DNA from: Mobula hypostoma
Taxonomy: Eukaryota
Reading direction: 5' to 3'
Length of the DNA: 64,000 bases
NCBI RefSeq assembly: GCF_963921235.1
Contig: NC_086108.1
Span: 102,488,001 to 102,552,000 of the forward strand
In this document: positions 12,457 to 25,471 of the stretch, piece after piece
How the letters are laid out: every line of letters begins with the position of its first letter
How positions within the stretch are numbered: the stretch's first letter is position 1
Translations under genes and position numbers: made by a program
The notes under the pieces: generated by a model
Seen by the model: the letters and a program-made list of their open reading frames with translations, nothing else
Database searches by the model: none
Told to the model about the DNA's origin: nothing

Positions 12457-13329
12457 GATGGTGCTGAGCTACGGTCTCCAACGGCATTGTGCCTCAGATT
12501 TAGTTATCTCTTTTAGATTCAGAAGGATGAGTTTGGGGACAGAGAGTGGGTTATGGGTCAGGTTAAGGTTTAGAGACAGGGATTGTGGGGAATTAGAGAT
12601 CAGGCCGGAGTCCAGTCCTCTGCTCTGCATTTCCATGTTCAGAGGCCAACGACGTGGACATGTGGTAAAGGGCATTTGTGGTTGGAGTCGGGTCAGGTGA
12701 TCAGTGAGGATGAGGGTTGTTGGTCTACCAACCCACCCACCAACCAGGTCAGCGAGTTGACAGTGAAGTGTATTCTGGGAAAGGAATTCCGTGAGGGCAG
12801 GAGGCATGAGATCAAGTGACCCGCCTAGATACTCTAATGGTGAGACCGGAGTTTGAGGCCTAGTGTTCGGGGTCCTGGTCATTGACAAGTCCAGAGTATG
12901 AGGCTTGGAATTTAGGATCTTCATTGGTTATCATCAACAATTCCAGGGTCGATATCAAAGGAGGTAAAGGGGCACATTTTGCTGTTGTTGTTTTTGCTTG
13001 TGTGCTCTGCTGGACATAGGGGACATGCTATGTTGACACTGGAATGTGTGATAACCCCAGACCATCCTTACATCCCTTGGGTTGTTGGTTGTTAACACAA
13101 ATGACAAATTTCACTGTATTTTTCAATGAACGTTTGATAATCTGAATCTGAGACCCTTCAAGGCCATTAGTAATTGAAGAAACTAACAATGTGGACATTG
13201 CAGAGAAAAAGAAAAAGAAGAATTTGTGCACTTACAGCAACTTTTCGCATTTTTTTGCGGATATATTCAACAAGCTGCCTGGATTGCCTGGAACAAACAG
13301 TTAAATTGTACCACAGAGGCAAGATTCAA

Positions 13330-13567
13330 AAGGGTGAAGAATGCAGGACTGAAGGTGCTGTATTTAAATATGCATAGCATTCAGAATAAGGTGGACTGAC
13401 ATAGCGCAATTAGAGATTGGTTGGTATGATGTTGTGGGCATCACTGAGTCCTGGTTGAAAGAAGATAGTTGGGAGACCATAGTTGGGAGCTTAACATCAA
13501 AGGAGATACTTTGTATTGAAAAGACAGGCAGGAAGGTATAGGCAGAGTTGTGGCCCTGTTGGTAAGA
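13330..13567 (+). mobile_element. CR1 ORF2 endonuclease N-terminal fragment
   Basis: GLKVLYLN.HSIQNKV...YDVVGITESWL. Confidence 0.8.
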
Positions 13568-13569
13568 GA

Positions 13570-15917
13570 CCACAAGATCATGAGACATAGGAGCAGAATT
13601 AGGCCATTCAGCCCATTAAGTCTGATCCGACATTCCATCATGGTTGATCCCAGATCCCACTCAACTCCATGCAACTCCAAACTTTCATGATCTGTCTGAT
13701 CGGAAAACAATCACCTTCCGCCTTAAGTATACCCACGGATTTGGCCTCCGCAGTCTGTGGCAGAGCATTCCACAGATTCACTACTCTCTCGCTAAAAAAA
13801 TTCTTCATTACCTCTGTTCTAAAAGGTCGTCCCTCAATTTTGAGGCTGTACCCTTTAGTTCTGGATACCAACACTGTTGGCACTCTCCTTTCCATATCCA
13901 CCCTATCTAGTCCTTTCAAAATTCAGTAGGCTTCAGTGAGATCCCCCGTATTCTTATAAATTCCGAGGAGTACAGGCCCAAAGCATGCCAAATGCTACTC
14001 ATATGTTAACCCCTTCATTCCCAGAATTATCCCCGTGAACCTCCTCTGGACCATTTTCAATGACAGCACATCTTTTCTGAGATATGGGGCCCAAAACTGT
14101 TGACAATACTCGAATTATGTCCTGACTACTGCCTTATAAAGGCTCAGCATTATCTCCTTGCTTTTATATTCTATTCCCTTTGAAATAAATGGCAACATTG
14201 TATTTGCCTTCTTTACCCCAGACTCAAACTGTAAATTAACCTTCTGAGAGTGTTGCATGAGGACTCCTAAGTCCCTCTGCACCTCTAATGTTTGAACTTT
14301 CTCCCCATTTCAACGCTATTCCTCATTATTGTTCCTTTTACTAAAAAGCATTATCATACATTTCCCAACACTGTATTCCATCTGCCACTTTTTTGCCTGT
14401 TCTTCCAATTTGTCCTGCTGCAATTGCATTGCTTCCCCAGCACAACCTATCCCTCCACCTAACTTCATATCATCCGCAAACTTTGCCACAAAGCCAAAAG
14501 TAGCAGTCCCAATAGTGACCCCTGAGGAACACCACCAGTCACCAGCGACCAACAAGGTACCTCTTAGTCCCACGTGCTGCCTGCTGCCTGTCAGCCGTTC
14601 CTCTATCCATGCCAGTACCTTTCCTGTAACAACATAGGATTTTATCTTGTTAAGCAGTTTCATGTGTGACACCTTATCAAACACCTTCTGAAAATCCAAG
14701 TAAATGACATTCACTGCCTCTCCTTTTTACTTCCTCAAAGAACTCTAACAGATCTTTCAGGCAAGATGTCCCTTAACAGAAACCATGCTGACTTTGACTT
14801 ATTTTATCATTAGTCTCCAAGTACCCCAAAACCTCATCCTTAATAATGGACTCCAACACTTTCCCAACCACTGAGGTTAGGCTAACTGACCTATAATTTC
14901 CTTTCCTTTGCCTTCCTCCCTTCGTAAAGAATGCAGTGACTTTTGCAATCTTCCAGTCCTCTGGGATCATGCCAGAATCAAGTGATTCTTGAAAGATCAT
15001 GACCAATGCACCTGCTATCTCTTCAACAACCTCTCTCAGGCTCTGGGATGTAGTCCATCTGGTCCAGGTGACTTATCCACCTTAAGACCTTTCAGTTTGC
15101 CTAGCACTTTTTCCTTTGTAATAGCAATGGCACTCACTCCTGCTCCCTGGCACTCACGGACCTCTGGCACACTGCTAATGTCTACCACAGTGAGGAGTGA
15201 TGCAAAGTACCCATTAAGTTCATCTGCCATTTCTTTGTCCCCCATTACTACCTCACCAGCATCATTTTTCAGTAGTCCAATATCAACTCTCACCTCCCTT
15301 TTACTCTTTATATAACTGAAAAAATACTTTTAGTGTCTTTATTATTGGCTAGTTTGCCCTCATATTTCATCTTTTAAAAGCTTCCCAATCACTTTTGCTA
15401 CCTTACATGCTAATTCTGGCTTTGCAGTCCTCAACTTCTCTTGTCAGCCATGGTGGCCGCCTTCTGCCATTTGAGAACTTCCTCTGTGGGACATATCTAT
15501 CCTGCACTTTGTGAACTACTCCCAGAAACTTTAGCCACATTTGCTCTGCTGTCATCCCTGCCAGCACCCTCCTCCAATGCACCTGGGCAACCTTCTCTCT
15601 CATGCCTCTAATTCCCTTTATTCTAGTGCGATACAGATACTTGTAATTTATGCTTCTCCCTCTCAAATTGCAGTATGAATTCAATCATGTTATGATCACT
15701 GCCTCCTAAGGGTTTCTACACATTAAGCTCCCTAATTTGATCTGGGTTATTACACAACACCCAATCTAAGATAGCCATTCCCCAAGTAGGCTCAAGCACA
15801 AGCTGCTCTAAAAAGCCATCTCGTAGCATTCAAGAAATCTCCTCTCTTGCAATCCAACACCAATCTAATTTTCCCAATCCCCTTGCATATTTAAGTCCCC
15901 CATTACAATTGTGACAT
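13570..15917 (-). mobile_element. CR1 LINE, ~2.3 kb, frameshifted ORF2 from mid-endonuclease to 3' tail
   Basis: ORFs: KSPGPDGLHPR, PEDWKIAKVT...GNYRSVSLTSVVGK, YLDFQKVFDKV, KFADDMKLGG, RVVNLWNALP. Confidence 0.9.
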
Positions 15918-16002
15918 TGCAGATTTATGAAGGACCTCGGAGTAACTGAACAGTCAAATGCCTGATTTTGCCGTAAATTAGACGTGACAATCTTGTAACA
16001 GT

Positions 16003-16208
16003 AAGCATGAGAAAGTATGCTGATGTTGGAAATCCAGAGGAATGCACAGAAAGTGCTGGAAGAACTCAGCAGGCCAACGTCTATGGAAGTGAACGAACAG
16101 TCGACATTTCGGGCCAAGTCCCTCCTTCTGGACCCGAAACGGTGACTGTTAGTTTATCTCCATAGCTGCTGCCAGACCTGCTGAGTTCCTCCAGTATTTT
16201 GTGTGTGT
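16003..16208. mobile_element. Penelope-like family A inverted pair (hairpin)
   Basis: Arms ~16045-16113 and ~16133-16203 are reverse complements meeting at a degenerate hammerhead. Confidence 0.8.
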
Positions 16209-16952
16209 ATCTTATAATCGTGCTTAAGCAGAGCTGATGGTGTGATAGTGGGCACACGATAAGCAGCCATATTATCCTGAATTTGAATCTCTCTCAATAA
16301 CAGAGAGTTATTGAACTAAATTCACTGAATCATGGTGACAATGAAGATGTGGTTAAATTTCAGCTAGTTCACCAAAGGAAAGCCAACATCCCTCCATGTC
16401 ATACAAACCTGCCTCCATTAACCGTCTGGCCAATGTTATTTTCATCTGCTGGTGTTTAGTATCCTCTGCAGAGGCTCAGAAATGCAAGAATTATAAAGAA
16501 TGGCCAATAAATTTGACTTTGTCCAAAGAGTGTGGAAAGGTTATTGCATAACTATGACTTTCTTTTTTACCTTTGTGTCAACTCTTGAAAATTGAGTAGA
16601 CTAAGTGGCCTAATGTTTTAGTGTTAAAAATAAAATCTGTTTGCATCACAGGAAATTATGTATCTTCCCGGCAACAGCTATTGAGTCCAGCTCTCCATCA
16701 GGAATCTTAAAATGTCCTCACTCAACATTACTGATGCCAATGAAGATGAAAGTGAAAGAGATTAGCTTTATTTGTCACATGTACGTTGAAACACTGAGAC
16801 GTACAGTAAAAAGTGTTGTTTGCACCAATGGCGAATACAGCCTGGTGATTGTGCTGGGGGTAGCCTGCAATGTTTCCAGCATGCCCGCAATTCATTAATT
16901 CTAACCATATGTCATCGGAATATGGGATGAAAGAAGAGCATCCAGAGTAAAT

Positions 16953-17918
16953 CATAAGACCATACAACATAGGAGCAGAATTAGGCTATTTGGCCCATCA
17001 AGTCTGCTCCACTATTCAATCATGGCTGATCCTTTTGTCTCCTCCTCAGCATACTCCCCAGCATTCTTCCTGTAACCTTTGATGCCGTGTCCAGTCAAGA
17101 ACCTATTAATCTCTACCTTAAGTACACCCAACGACTTGGCCTTCACAGCTGCCTGTGGTAACAAATTCCACAAATTCACCACCCTCTGGCTAAAGAAATT
17201 TCTCCGATCTCTGTTTTAAATGGACATTCCTCTATCCTGAGGCTGTGCCCTCTTGTCCTAGACTCTCCCACCATGGGAAACATCCTTTCCTCATCTACTC
17301 TGTCTTGTCCTTTCAACATTAGTAAGATTTCAATGAGATCCCCCTCTCTTCTTTCTAAATTCCAGTGCGTACAGACCCAGAGCCATCAAATGTTCCTCAT
17401 ACGATAACCCTTTCATTCCCGGAATCATCCTTGTGAACCTCCTCTGATCCCTCTCCAATGTCAGCACATCTTTTCTTCGATGAGGAGCCCAAAACTGTTC
17501 ACAATACTCTAGGTGAAGCCTCACCAATGCCTTATAAAGCCTCAGATTCACATCCCTGCTCTTGTATTCTAGACCTCTTGAAAGAAATGCTAACGTTGCA
17601 TTTGCCTTCCTTACCACTGACTGTACCGGCAAGTTAACCTTTAGTTTGTTCTGCACAAGGACTCCGAAGTCCCTTTGCATCTCAGATTTTTGGATTTTCT
17701 CCCCATTTAGAAAATAGTCTGCACATTTATTTCTACTACCAAAGTGCATGACCATGCATTTTCCAACATTGTATTTCATTTGCCACTTTCTTGCCCATTC
17801 TCCTAAACTGTCTAAATCCTTCCGCAGCCTATCCATTTCCTCAACACTACCTGCCTCTCCACCAATCTTTGTATTACCTGCAAACTTGGCAACAAAGCCA
17901 TCTATTCCATCATCTAAA
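16953..17918 (-). mobile_element. CR1 LINE 3' ~1 kb
   Basis: ORF 17330-17836 (WARKWQMKYNVGKC...LYKALVRLHLEYCEQFWAP). Confidence 0.9.
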
Positions 17919-17919
17919 T

Positions 17920-18862
17920 TGAATTGACTTTATTACTTACATCCTTCATATACATGAGGAATTAAAACCTTTACATTACGTCATTGTCTAAATGTGCAAT
18001 GCGCAATTTATAGTAATTTATAATAAACAGTATGTACAGTAACACAGTCAATATAACATAGAAATGCAATAGTATCGGTGTGAATTAATCAGTCTGATGG
18101 CCTGGTGGAAGAAGTTGTACCGGAGCCTGTTGGTCCTGGCTTTTATGAATTTCCCACTATTCAGGACATTCACAATGACAGGTGTGTAAAAAGGGCCCAA
18201 AGGATCACTGGGGACCTGAATCACCCTAACCACAAACTGTTCCAGCTGCTACCATCTGAGAAACAGTACCACAGCATAAAAGTGTTGAGGGTCAGAGGGG
18301 CAGAGGTGAGGGAGCCCACTCTTACCACCTGTCGGCAATCTGACAGCAAGTCCAGGATCCAGCTACACAAGGCAGAGTCAAGGCCGAGGTCTCTGAGCTT
18401 CTTGTCGAGCCTGGAGGGAATTATGGTGTTGAATGCTGAACTGTAGTCTCACCTCAGCATGCTTCTTCTCCAGATGTGTGAGGACAGTGTGTGAGTTGTG
18501 GTTATTGCGTCATCTGTCGATCGGTTGTGTCAGTAAGCAAATTGTAAGGGGTCCAGATTGGGTGGTAACAAGCTGCGGATGTAATCCTTACCCAGCCTCG
18601 CAAGCATTTATTATTGAGGTGAGTGCGACAGGACGCCAGTTGTTCAGACATGTTACCTTGGTCTTTTTAGGTACAGGAACAATGGTGGATGTTTTGAAGC
18701 AGGAGGGCACTCTACACTGGGAGAGAGAGAGTTGAAAAATATCTGTAAACACACCTGCCAGTTGTGCCGTGCACACTCTGCGTACCCGCCCTGGGAGGCC
18801 ATCCGGTCCCACAGACTTGTGACTGTCCACTTGTTGGAAACACTGGTGTACTTCAGCCTCAA
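17920..18862 (-). mobile_element. Rex1/Babar LINE fragment with internal inverted segment (18148-18282)
   Basis: GPDGLPGRV...[13 protein letters not shown]...[11 protein letters not shown]; (caatt)n tail. Confidence 0.8.
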
Positions 18863-18924
18863 AGATGACCAAGGTGCAGGTCTGTCTGGCAGCTCTCTCC
18901 TCAGGGGCTCAGTGTTGGAGCGTA

Positions 18925-19260
18925 AAAGTGGTGTCCATCATTAAAGACCCCCACCACCCAGGACGTGTCCTCTTCTCATTGTTACCATCAGGAAGGAGAT
19001 ACAGAAACCAAAAGGCAAACAGTCAGCAATTCAGGAACAGCTTCTTCCCCTCTGCCATCCGATTTCTGAATGGTCATTGAACCTATGAGCATTACCTGAC
19101 CACTTTTTTATTTCTATTTTTTGGCACTACTTATTTAATTTAACTATTTTATATATAGTATTTACTGTAATTCATTTTTTCTCTCTATTATCGTATATTG
19201 CATTGTACTGCTGCTACAAGGTTAACCAATTTCACAACATATGCCAGTGACATTAAAGCG
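18925..19260 (+). mobile_element. Rex1/Babar LINE 3' end
   Basis: SIIKDPHHPG..LFSLLPSGRRYR...FRNSFFPSAIRFLN. Confidence 0.85.
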
Positions 19261-19529
19261 GATTTTGAAAAGCTTTCCTGTACAGATTCTGATTAGATCC
19301 CAAAGCGATTGAGTCAAAGAAGGGTGGATGTGTCTTGGAGAGAGGTGAGTGAGAGGGGCAAGATAGGTGGTGGGATTTATTGAGGGCAGAAAATGTGAGT
19401 GATGGGGGCAAAAGAATCAGAATCAGGTTTAATATCACCAGCATAATTCTTGAAAATTTTTATCTTTACAGCAGCAGTACAATGCAATACATGATAAATA
19501 AGAGAGAACAAAATTGAATTGCAGTAAGA

Positions 19530-19561
<32 letters not shown>

Positions 19562-19840
19562 TGGCGCATAGGGTTAAGGTGGTTAAGGTGTTGGTCTGGT
19601 CGTCTGAAGGTCGCTAGTTCGAGCCTTGGCTGAGGCAGCGTGTTGTGTCCTTGAGCAAGGCACTTAACCACACATTGCTCTGCGACAACACCGGTGCCAA
19701 GCTGTATCAGCCCTAGTGCCCTTCCCTTGGACAACATCGGTGGCGTGGAGAGGGGAGATTTGCAGCATGGGCAACTGCCTGTCTTCCATACAACCTCGCC
19801 CAGGCCTGTGCCCTGGAAACCTTCCAAGGTGCAAATCCAT
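19562..19840 (+). mobile_element. tRNA-derived CORE-like SINE (copy 2), 3' truncated, in a (TA)n(TG)n microsatellite
   Basis: Same sequence family as 9378 and 23702. Confidence 0.85.
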
Positions 19841-22800
19841 ACACATATATATGTGTATTAAATAGTTAAGTTAATAGTTATTAAATAGTTACTAAAAAGT
19901 CATTAAGTAGTTATTAAATCGTTAATAATAATAGAGGTTGAACAGGGTAAAAGCAAGAATAGAAAGAGCCAGGCCACGCAGAGACAAGGGCAATTCATTC
20001 AACATCTTTACAAAATGGTTTGAAGTGCTGTGTAGATGTGAACAAATAAACAAAAGCCTTCTTCATCTGAGGCTGCATTGTGATTTATAGATTATATCCC
20101 ATGGATTGTGTTTTTATCAAAACAATTTGAAGCTAACATGTCCAATTAACTGGATTGAATTGATGTATAGCTAAGTCTTGATTCTTTAAAATAAACTATC
20201 CCAGTAACTTGCAGGATTCATCACCAGGGTGACCGAGATCATCAGCATCAAGTATATTGGCAGGTATTAAGTGAGGAAAAATGGGTCTCTGGAACATGTG
20301 TTATAAAGTCTCCGAAAGGGTCATCATTATACTCTTTGTACTATCTCATGTGGTAGTAAATACTGGCTTATTTCCCCATGAATAGACTTGGCGTGAATTG
20401 ATTATCTGACATGTTTGAAGTGATAGATGGGAGTCAGTCTTTGCTGGTGGGACTTGAACCTAAGTGATATATTCCTGCTTTGCCAGCATAGGATGTGTGT
20501 GTTCATTAATGTTCATTGATTGAGCAGAAAATGATAAGCTCCTATTTTCACCAAAGCCAAATGGTGTGAATGAAACATTTAATGGCCCTTTATACATATT
20601 AATATTTATATTCACAAAGAAAACACTGGGGGAAATTTGCATTTCTCTTTCGAAAACCAGTCTGAGGAAATTAGATATTGCTTTGAGTGCCCACTGATTA
20701 GAGAAAGAAATGAGTTACTCTAATGAAAATTGGAAATAGTGATGAACCTGTACAAGAAAGAAAGACGGGCATTTATATAGTGCCCGCCATGGGACATCAA
20801 CAATCACTTTGCAATCATTGAAGCACTTTACAGCATTTTACTGTTGCAATGTAAGAAACGCAGCATTCCATTTGGACGCAGAGAGATCTCACCATGTATT
20901 AAATCATCACTATCGCTGCTGCAAAATCACTGCAGTTCCTTTGACACAGAAACAGCTGAAATCACTTCCAGGCTTCCTTTCCCCACCCTACCATGGTAAC
21001 GCAATAACCCATCATGTCAGCTTTCTGAGTGTGCTCTGTGGGTTGGTCCAGTCTGTTCTGGACAAGTGGCTGAGAGCTCACAGTCACCCTGGATTGGGCA
21101 ACTTCACCAGCTGCCTATGACAGAGAGTAGTGCCCTCTGATTCCTTAATGTTGGCTACTTTCACCTTTCAGAATCAGGTTTTACACTACTATTCTTAATT
21201 TAACTATTTAATATATATACACACACTTTTTACATAAACAGAAATAAAAAAAGTGAGGTGGTGTCCAAGGATTCAATGTCCATTTAGGAACCGGATAGCA
21301 GAGGGGTAGAAGCCGGTCCTGAATTGTTGAACGTGTGCCTGCAGGCTTCTGTACCTCCCACCTGATGGCAACAATGAGAAGAGGGCATGTCCTGGAGGAT
21401 GTGGGTTCTTAATAATAGATGCTGCCTTTCTGAGGCACCGCTCCTTGAAGATGTATCGGATTTTCCTTCCAATCCCACATGTTACAGGGAGGGAGGAATT
21501 CTATGCTGCCGGGAGAAGGCCATTTGGCCCTTGGGTTAGTTCCAGTTTACAGTTTATTACAATTTATCTCCTTCATTAACAAAAAGGCTCAGCAGAGGGT
21601 CCTGCCCTACACAGTCATTTGATAGAGAGAAAACTGCTTCTAAAATGGAATTTAATAACTCTTGTGTTGCTTTTTTTTCTGCAGCCAAATCAGTCTAGTG
21701 CAGAAAGCAATGCTGTATTTGACAATGGTGAGCAGCACAGTGAATTGAAAGAAGTATTGACTCTAGGCAAGCAGCAGGCCTAATAGTTTTAGCTTTGGTA
21801 CAAAGGTATCAAATTCCAACTTCCTTTTTAGCTGTCCAGCCCGTTCATATTATAACTTCGCCAAGCCTGGCAGACAGCTCAGCATCATTAGTGCTGTACT
21901 CACTGAACAAAGTGTGAAGATAAATAGGCCAGATCTTGCTGGAGGGGAAATAACTAGCAGTGTACCCTATTACCTTCCTGCACTTCAAAGCTCAAAACTC
22001 TTTCACACCATGAATTGCCAGGAGTCTAACTTGATAACAAGGCATCTGGGACCTTGGTGAGTGACAGGACCAATCGTCCATCTCAACAAAGGGTTTAAAG
22101 TCATACTGGCTACAGAAAGGGATATATAAAGAGGGGGGAAAAGACTGAAATTAGAGGAGAGGAACTAGACACAGAAAGGAAAAGCAGGGAAGATGTGCTT
22201 TAAACGCAATTTCTTTTATCTTCGTTTGATAGCCAGAAATGATCAGCATTGTAGCTGAAACTACCCAAGTGTAGCGGATTAAGGTTCAAAACTGGAAATC
22301 ATATCAACCCATGCACTGAGAGTAGGTGTTCACTGTTTCATTAAGCTACAGAAAAAGAGCAATTCAGAGCACACTGGATTAAAACCAACATATTCTGGTC
22401 CTTTCAGCCTTCTTTTTATACAGCTTTAACTCTTCTTGTGACACTTTTGTTCAGAAGATTGACTGGACTGAAATGTCAGAAGCTGTGTGTGATAATCAAA
22501 GCTGTACTGACTATTCATTCAGTAAGAAAACTGGCTCTCACCCGAGTAGATGAGCTGTATATTAAATCTTTTTCACTTTCCATTGCTTTGTGTTGTGTTG
22601 AACAATGGCTTCACTAATTAATGACATTAACTGCAGAAATCCCCAAAAAGTCAAACAAGCTTTTATATTCAGACATAGGATATGAAGGTACCACAGCCTG
22701 GATCAATACTGAGAGGGAGTTATAGAGTCGTAGAAAAGTATAGCACAGCAAAAGGCCCTTTAGCTCATATAGTCCAAGCCAAACCATTACAATGGGACAG

Positions 22801-23701
22801 CTTCTTCCACCAGGTGATCAGACTGATGAAATCGCACTGATTTGAGTGTACTCTATATTACATAGACTGGTCTATTTATGATAAATTACTATGATTGTAC
22901 ATGGCACATTTAGATGGAGACATGACATAAAGATTTTTACTCCTCATGTATGTGAAGGATGTAAGAAATAAAGTCAATTCAATTCAATGGCAATTCCCAG
23001 CAACCTGCACTGGATAGAATCAGGTCACCGAGACTGTGTGTTTCATTGTTGGAAACACAGTTCTGTTAGTTCCATTCATGGAGCCAGATACAGCATAGGA
23101 ACTGGCCCTTGGGTCCAACGAGTTCATACCAACCATCAAAGAAAGCAACATCCATCATCAAGGACCCCTACCATCCACACCATGCTCTCTTCTCACTGCT
23201 GCCATCAGGAAGAAGGTAAAGAGCCTGAGGTCCCACGCTACCAGGTACAGGAACAGTTATTACTGCTCAACTATCAGTCTCCTGAACCAGCGAGGATAAC
23301 TTCACTCACCTCAACACTGAACTGATTCCACAACCTATGAACTCACTTGCAAGGACTCTGCAACTCATGTTTTCAGATTTATTTATTTGTTTGTTTGTTT
23401 ATTTGTACTTGGACATTTTGACTTGTTTTCCACATGGGTTCCATGTCAGTCTTTGTGTATAGTTCTTGAATCATAGAAAGCTACAGCACGGCAACAGGCT
23501 GTTCAGCCCATCTAATCCAAACCAAACCATTTAAACTGCCTGGTTACAGTGACCTTCAACCAGACCATAGCCCTCGGATCCATGTATTTATCCAAACTTC
23601 TTTTGGATGTTTTTCAGTGATTCTATTGTACTTACTTTTTCTATTGTGAATACCTGCGAGGAAATGAATCTCAGAGTAGGATATGGTGACGTATACATAC
23701 T

Positions 23702-24007
23702 GTGTGTGGCGTGTGGCCAAGTGGTTAAGGCGTTCATCTAGTGATCTGAAGGCCGCTAGTTTGAACCTTGGCTGAGGCTGTGTTGTGTCCTTGAGCAAGG
23801 CACTTAATCACACATTGCTCTGCAACGACACTGGTGCCAAGCTGTATGGGTCCTAATGCCCTTCCCTTGGACAACATTGGTGTCGTGGAGAGGGAAGACT
23901 TGCAGCATGGGCAACTGCTGGTCTTCCATACAACCTTGCCCAGGCCTACGCCCTGGAACCTTCCAAGGCGCAAGTCCATGGTCTCACGAGACCAACCGAG
24001 GCCTACA
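23702..24007 (+). mobile_element. tRNA-derived CORE-like SINE (copy 3)
   Basis: A/B boxes and CORE-like segment; TSD atacatact / atacgtact (23693-23701 / 24008-24016) within a Rex 3' UTR. Confidence 0.85.
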
Positions 24008-24385
24008 ATACGTACTTTAATAATAAATTTACTATGAACATTACATTACATTAATCCCATTCCCCACATTCTCATAAATGCCCCACTCATCTACTCACTA
24101 ATGGCAAATTACAGTGGTTAATTAGCCTACCAATCTGCATGTTTTTGTCAAGTGGCATGACAGAATCAGATACAGACTAGGTGTAAGGATGGCAGACTTG
24201 ACAGCATTTGTCAACCAGATGGATTTTTATGATAATCTGGCAGTTTCATTGTCACAACTGAAAGCTAGGTGATATTTTTATCATTTTTAATTTCCAGGCA
24301 ATTAACTGAATTTAATTTCTTCAAATACCATGGTGGGATTTGAATATGGATCTCTGGATCATTAAGCCAGTCTCTGTGTAATTAG

Positions 24386-24935
24386 TGGAACTCAGCAGGT
24401 CGGGAAGCATGTATGGAGAGGTTTTAGGCCAAGTCCCTTCATTGGGACTGGAAAGAAAGGAGGAAAAAGTCAGAATAAGAGAGGGGGAGGAGTGTAATCT
24501 GGCAGGTGATAGGTGAAACCAGGTGAGGTGGAAATTAGGTGGGTGGGGGGGTGCATGGGTGAAGTAAGAAGCTGGGAGGTGATAGGTGGAAAAGGTAAAG
24601 GACTGAAGCAGAAGGAATCTGATTGGATGGGAGAGTGGACCATGGAAGAAAAGGAAGGAGGAGGGGTACCACAAGGAGGTGAATGGTAGGTGAGGAGAAG
24701 AGGTAAGAGGGGAGCCAGAATGTAGAATTCCAGATCTGTAGAATCTCTTGTGTTTTTGATCTGGGTTACTACCTGTAGTGAGTTTATTCAAAAATTGTAC
24801 CACCACTATATTGATAGAATACACTTTGTATTTGACTGTACCTCTTCCTAGAGATGCTGCCTGGCCTGCTGCGTTCTCCAGTAACTTTGATGTGTGTTGC
24901 TTGAATTTTCAGCATCTGCAGAATTGCTCTTGTTT
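24386..24935. mobile_element. Penelope-like family A, long minus copy plus inverted short plus copy
   Basis: ggaactcagcaggtc...purine-rich body; plus arm gactgtacc...gatgctgcctggcctgctg...cagcatctgcagaa. Confidence 0.7.
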
Positions 24936-25471
24936 GTCTTTGTCTCAGTTGTTATTTGTGGAATCTTGTTTTATCAGAGGGGTTGCAACCATTCTATACA
25001 GACAAGACAGATTCAGCTTTTGTGAATATTTGTGGTGTTTCAAAGTTCAAAGTAAATTTGTTATCAAAGTACCTTTATATTACGATATACTAAAGGTTCA
25101 AAGATTCATTTTACCATCAAAGTATGTATGCAAAATACAACTCTGAAGTTTGTCACTTCTCCAAATAGCCACAGAATACAGAAAACCATAAGTAGTTAAA
25201 AGAAAGACATCAATACGCAGAAACAGAAATAAAAACTTGCAAATCCCAAATGCCACTAACCCATCCCTCGCATACAAACTAAAAGATCACGCAAACCCCT
25301 AAACAGCCAGTCTGCAACATGAAAGAATGGGTGAGAGAACACAAAAAACTGAAAGAGGTCAATATGAACTATAGTTAGTTTGAACTACAGTCCAATCCAT
25401 AAATCTCAGAATTTCAATAACCTCTTTGAATCAGCAGCCTACCTGAGGAAAGTGACCTTAAAGTTCTTATA

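Noticed and set aside
13330..15917. Twin-primed single CR1 insertion
   Set aside because: The 3' tail lies at the internal junction rather than the outer end, which fits two independent opposite insertions better.
23706..23775. Functional tRNA gene
   Set aside because: SINE head with an imperfect cloverleaf, no Pol III terminator, continuing into the repeat body.
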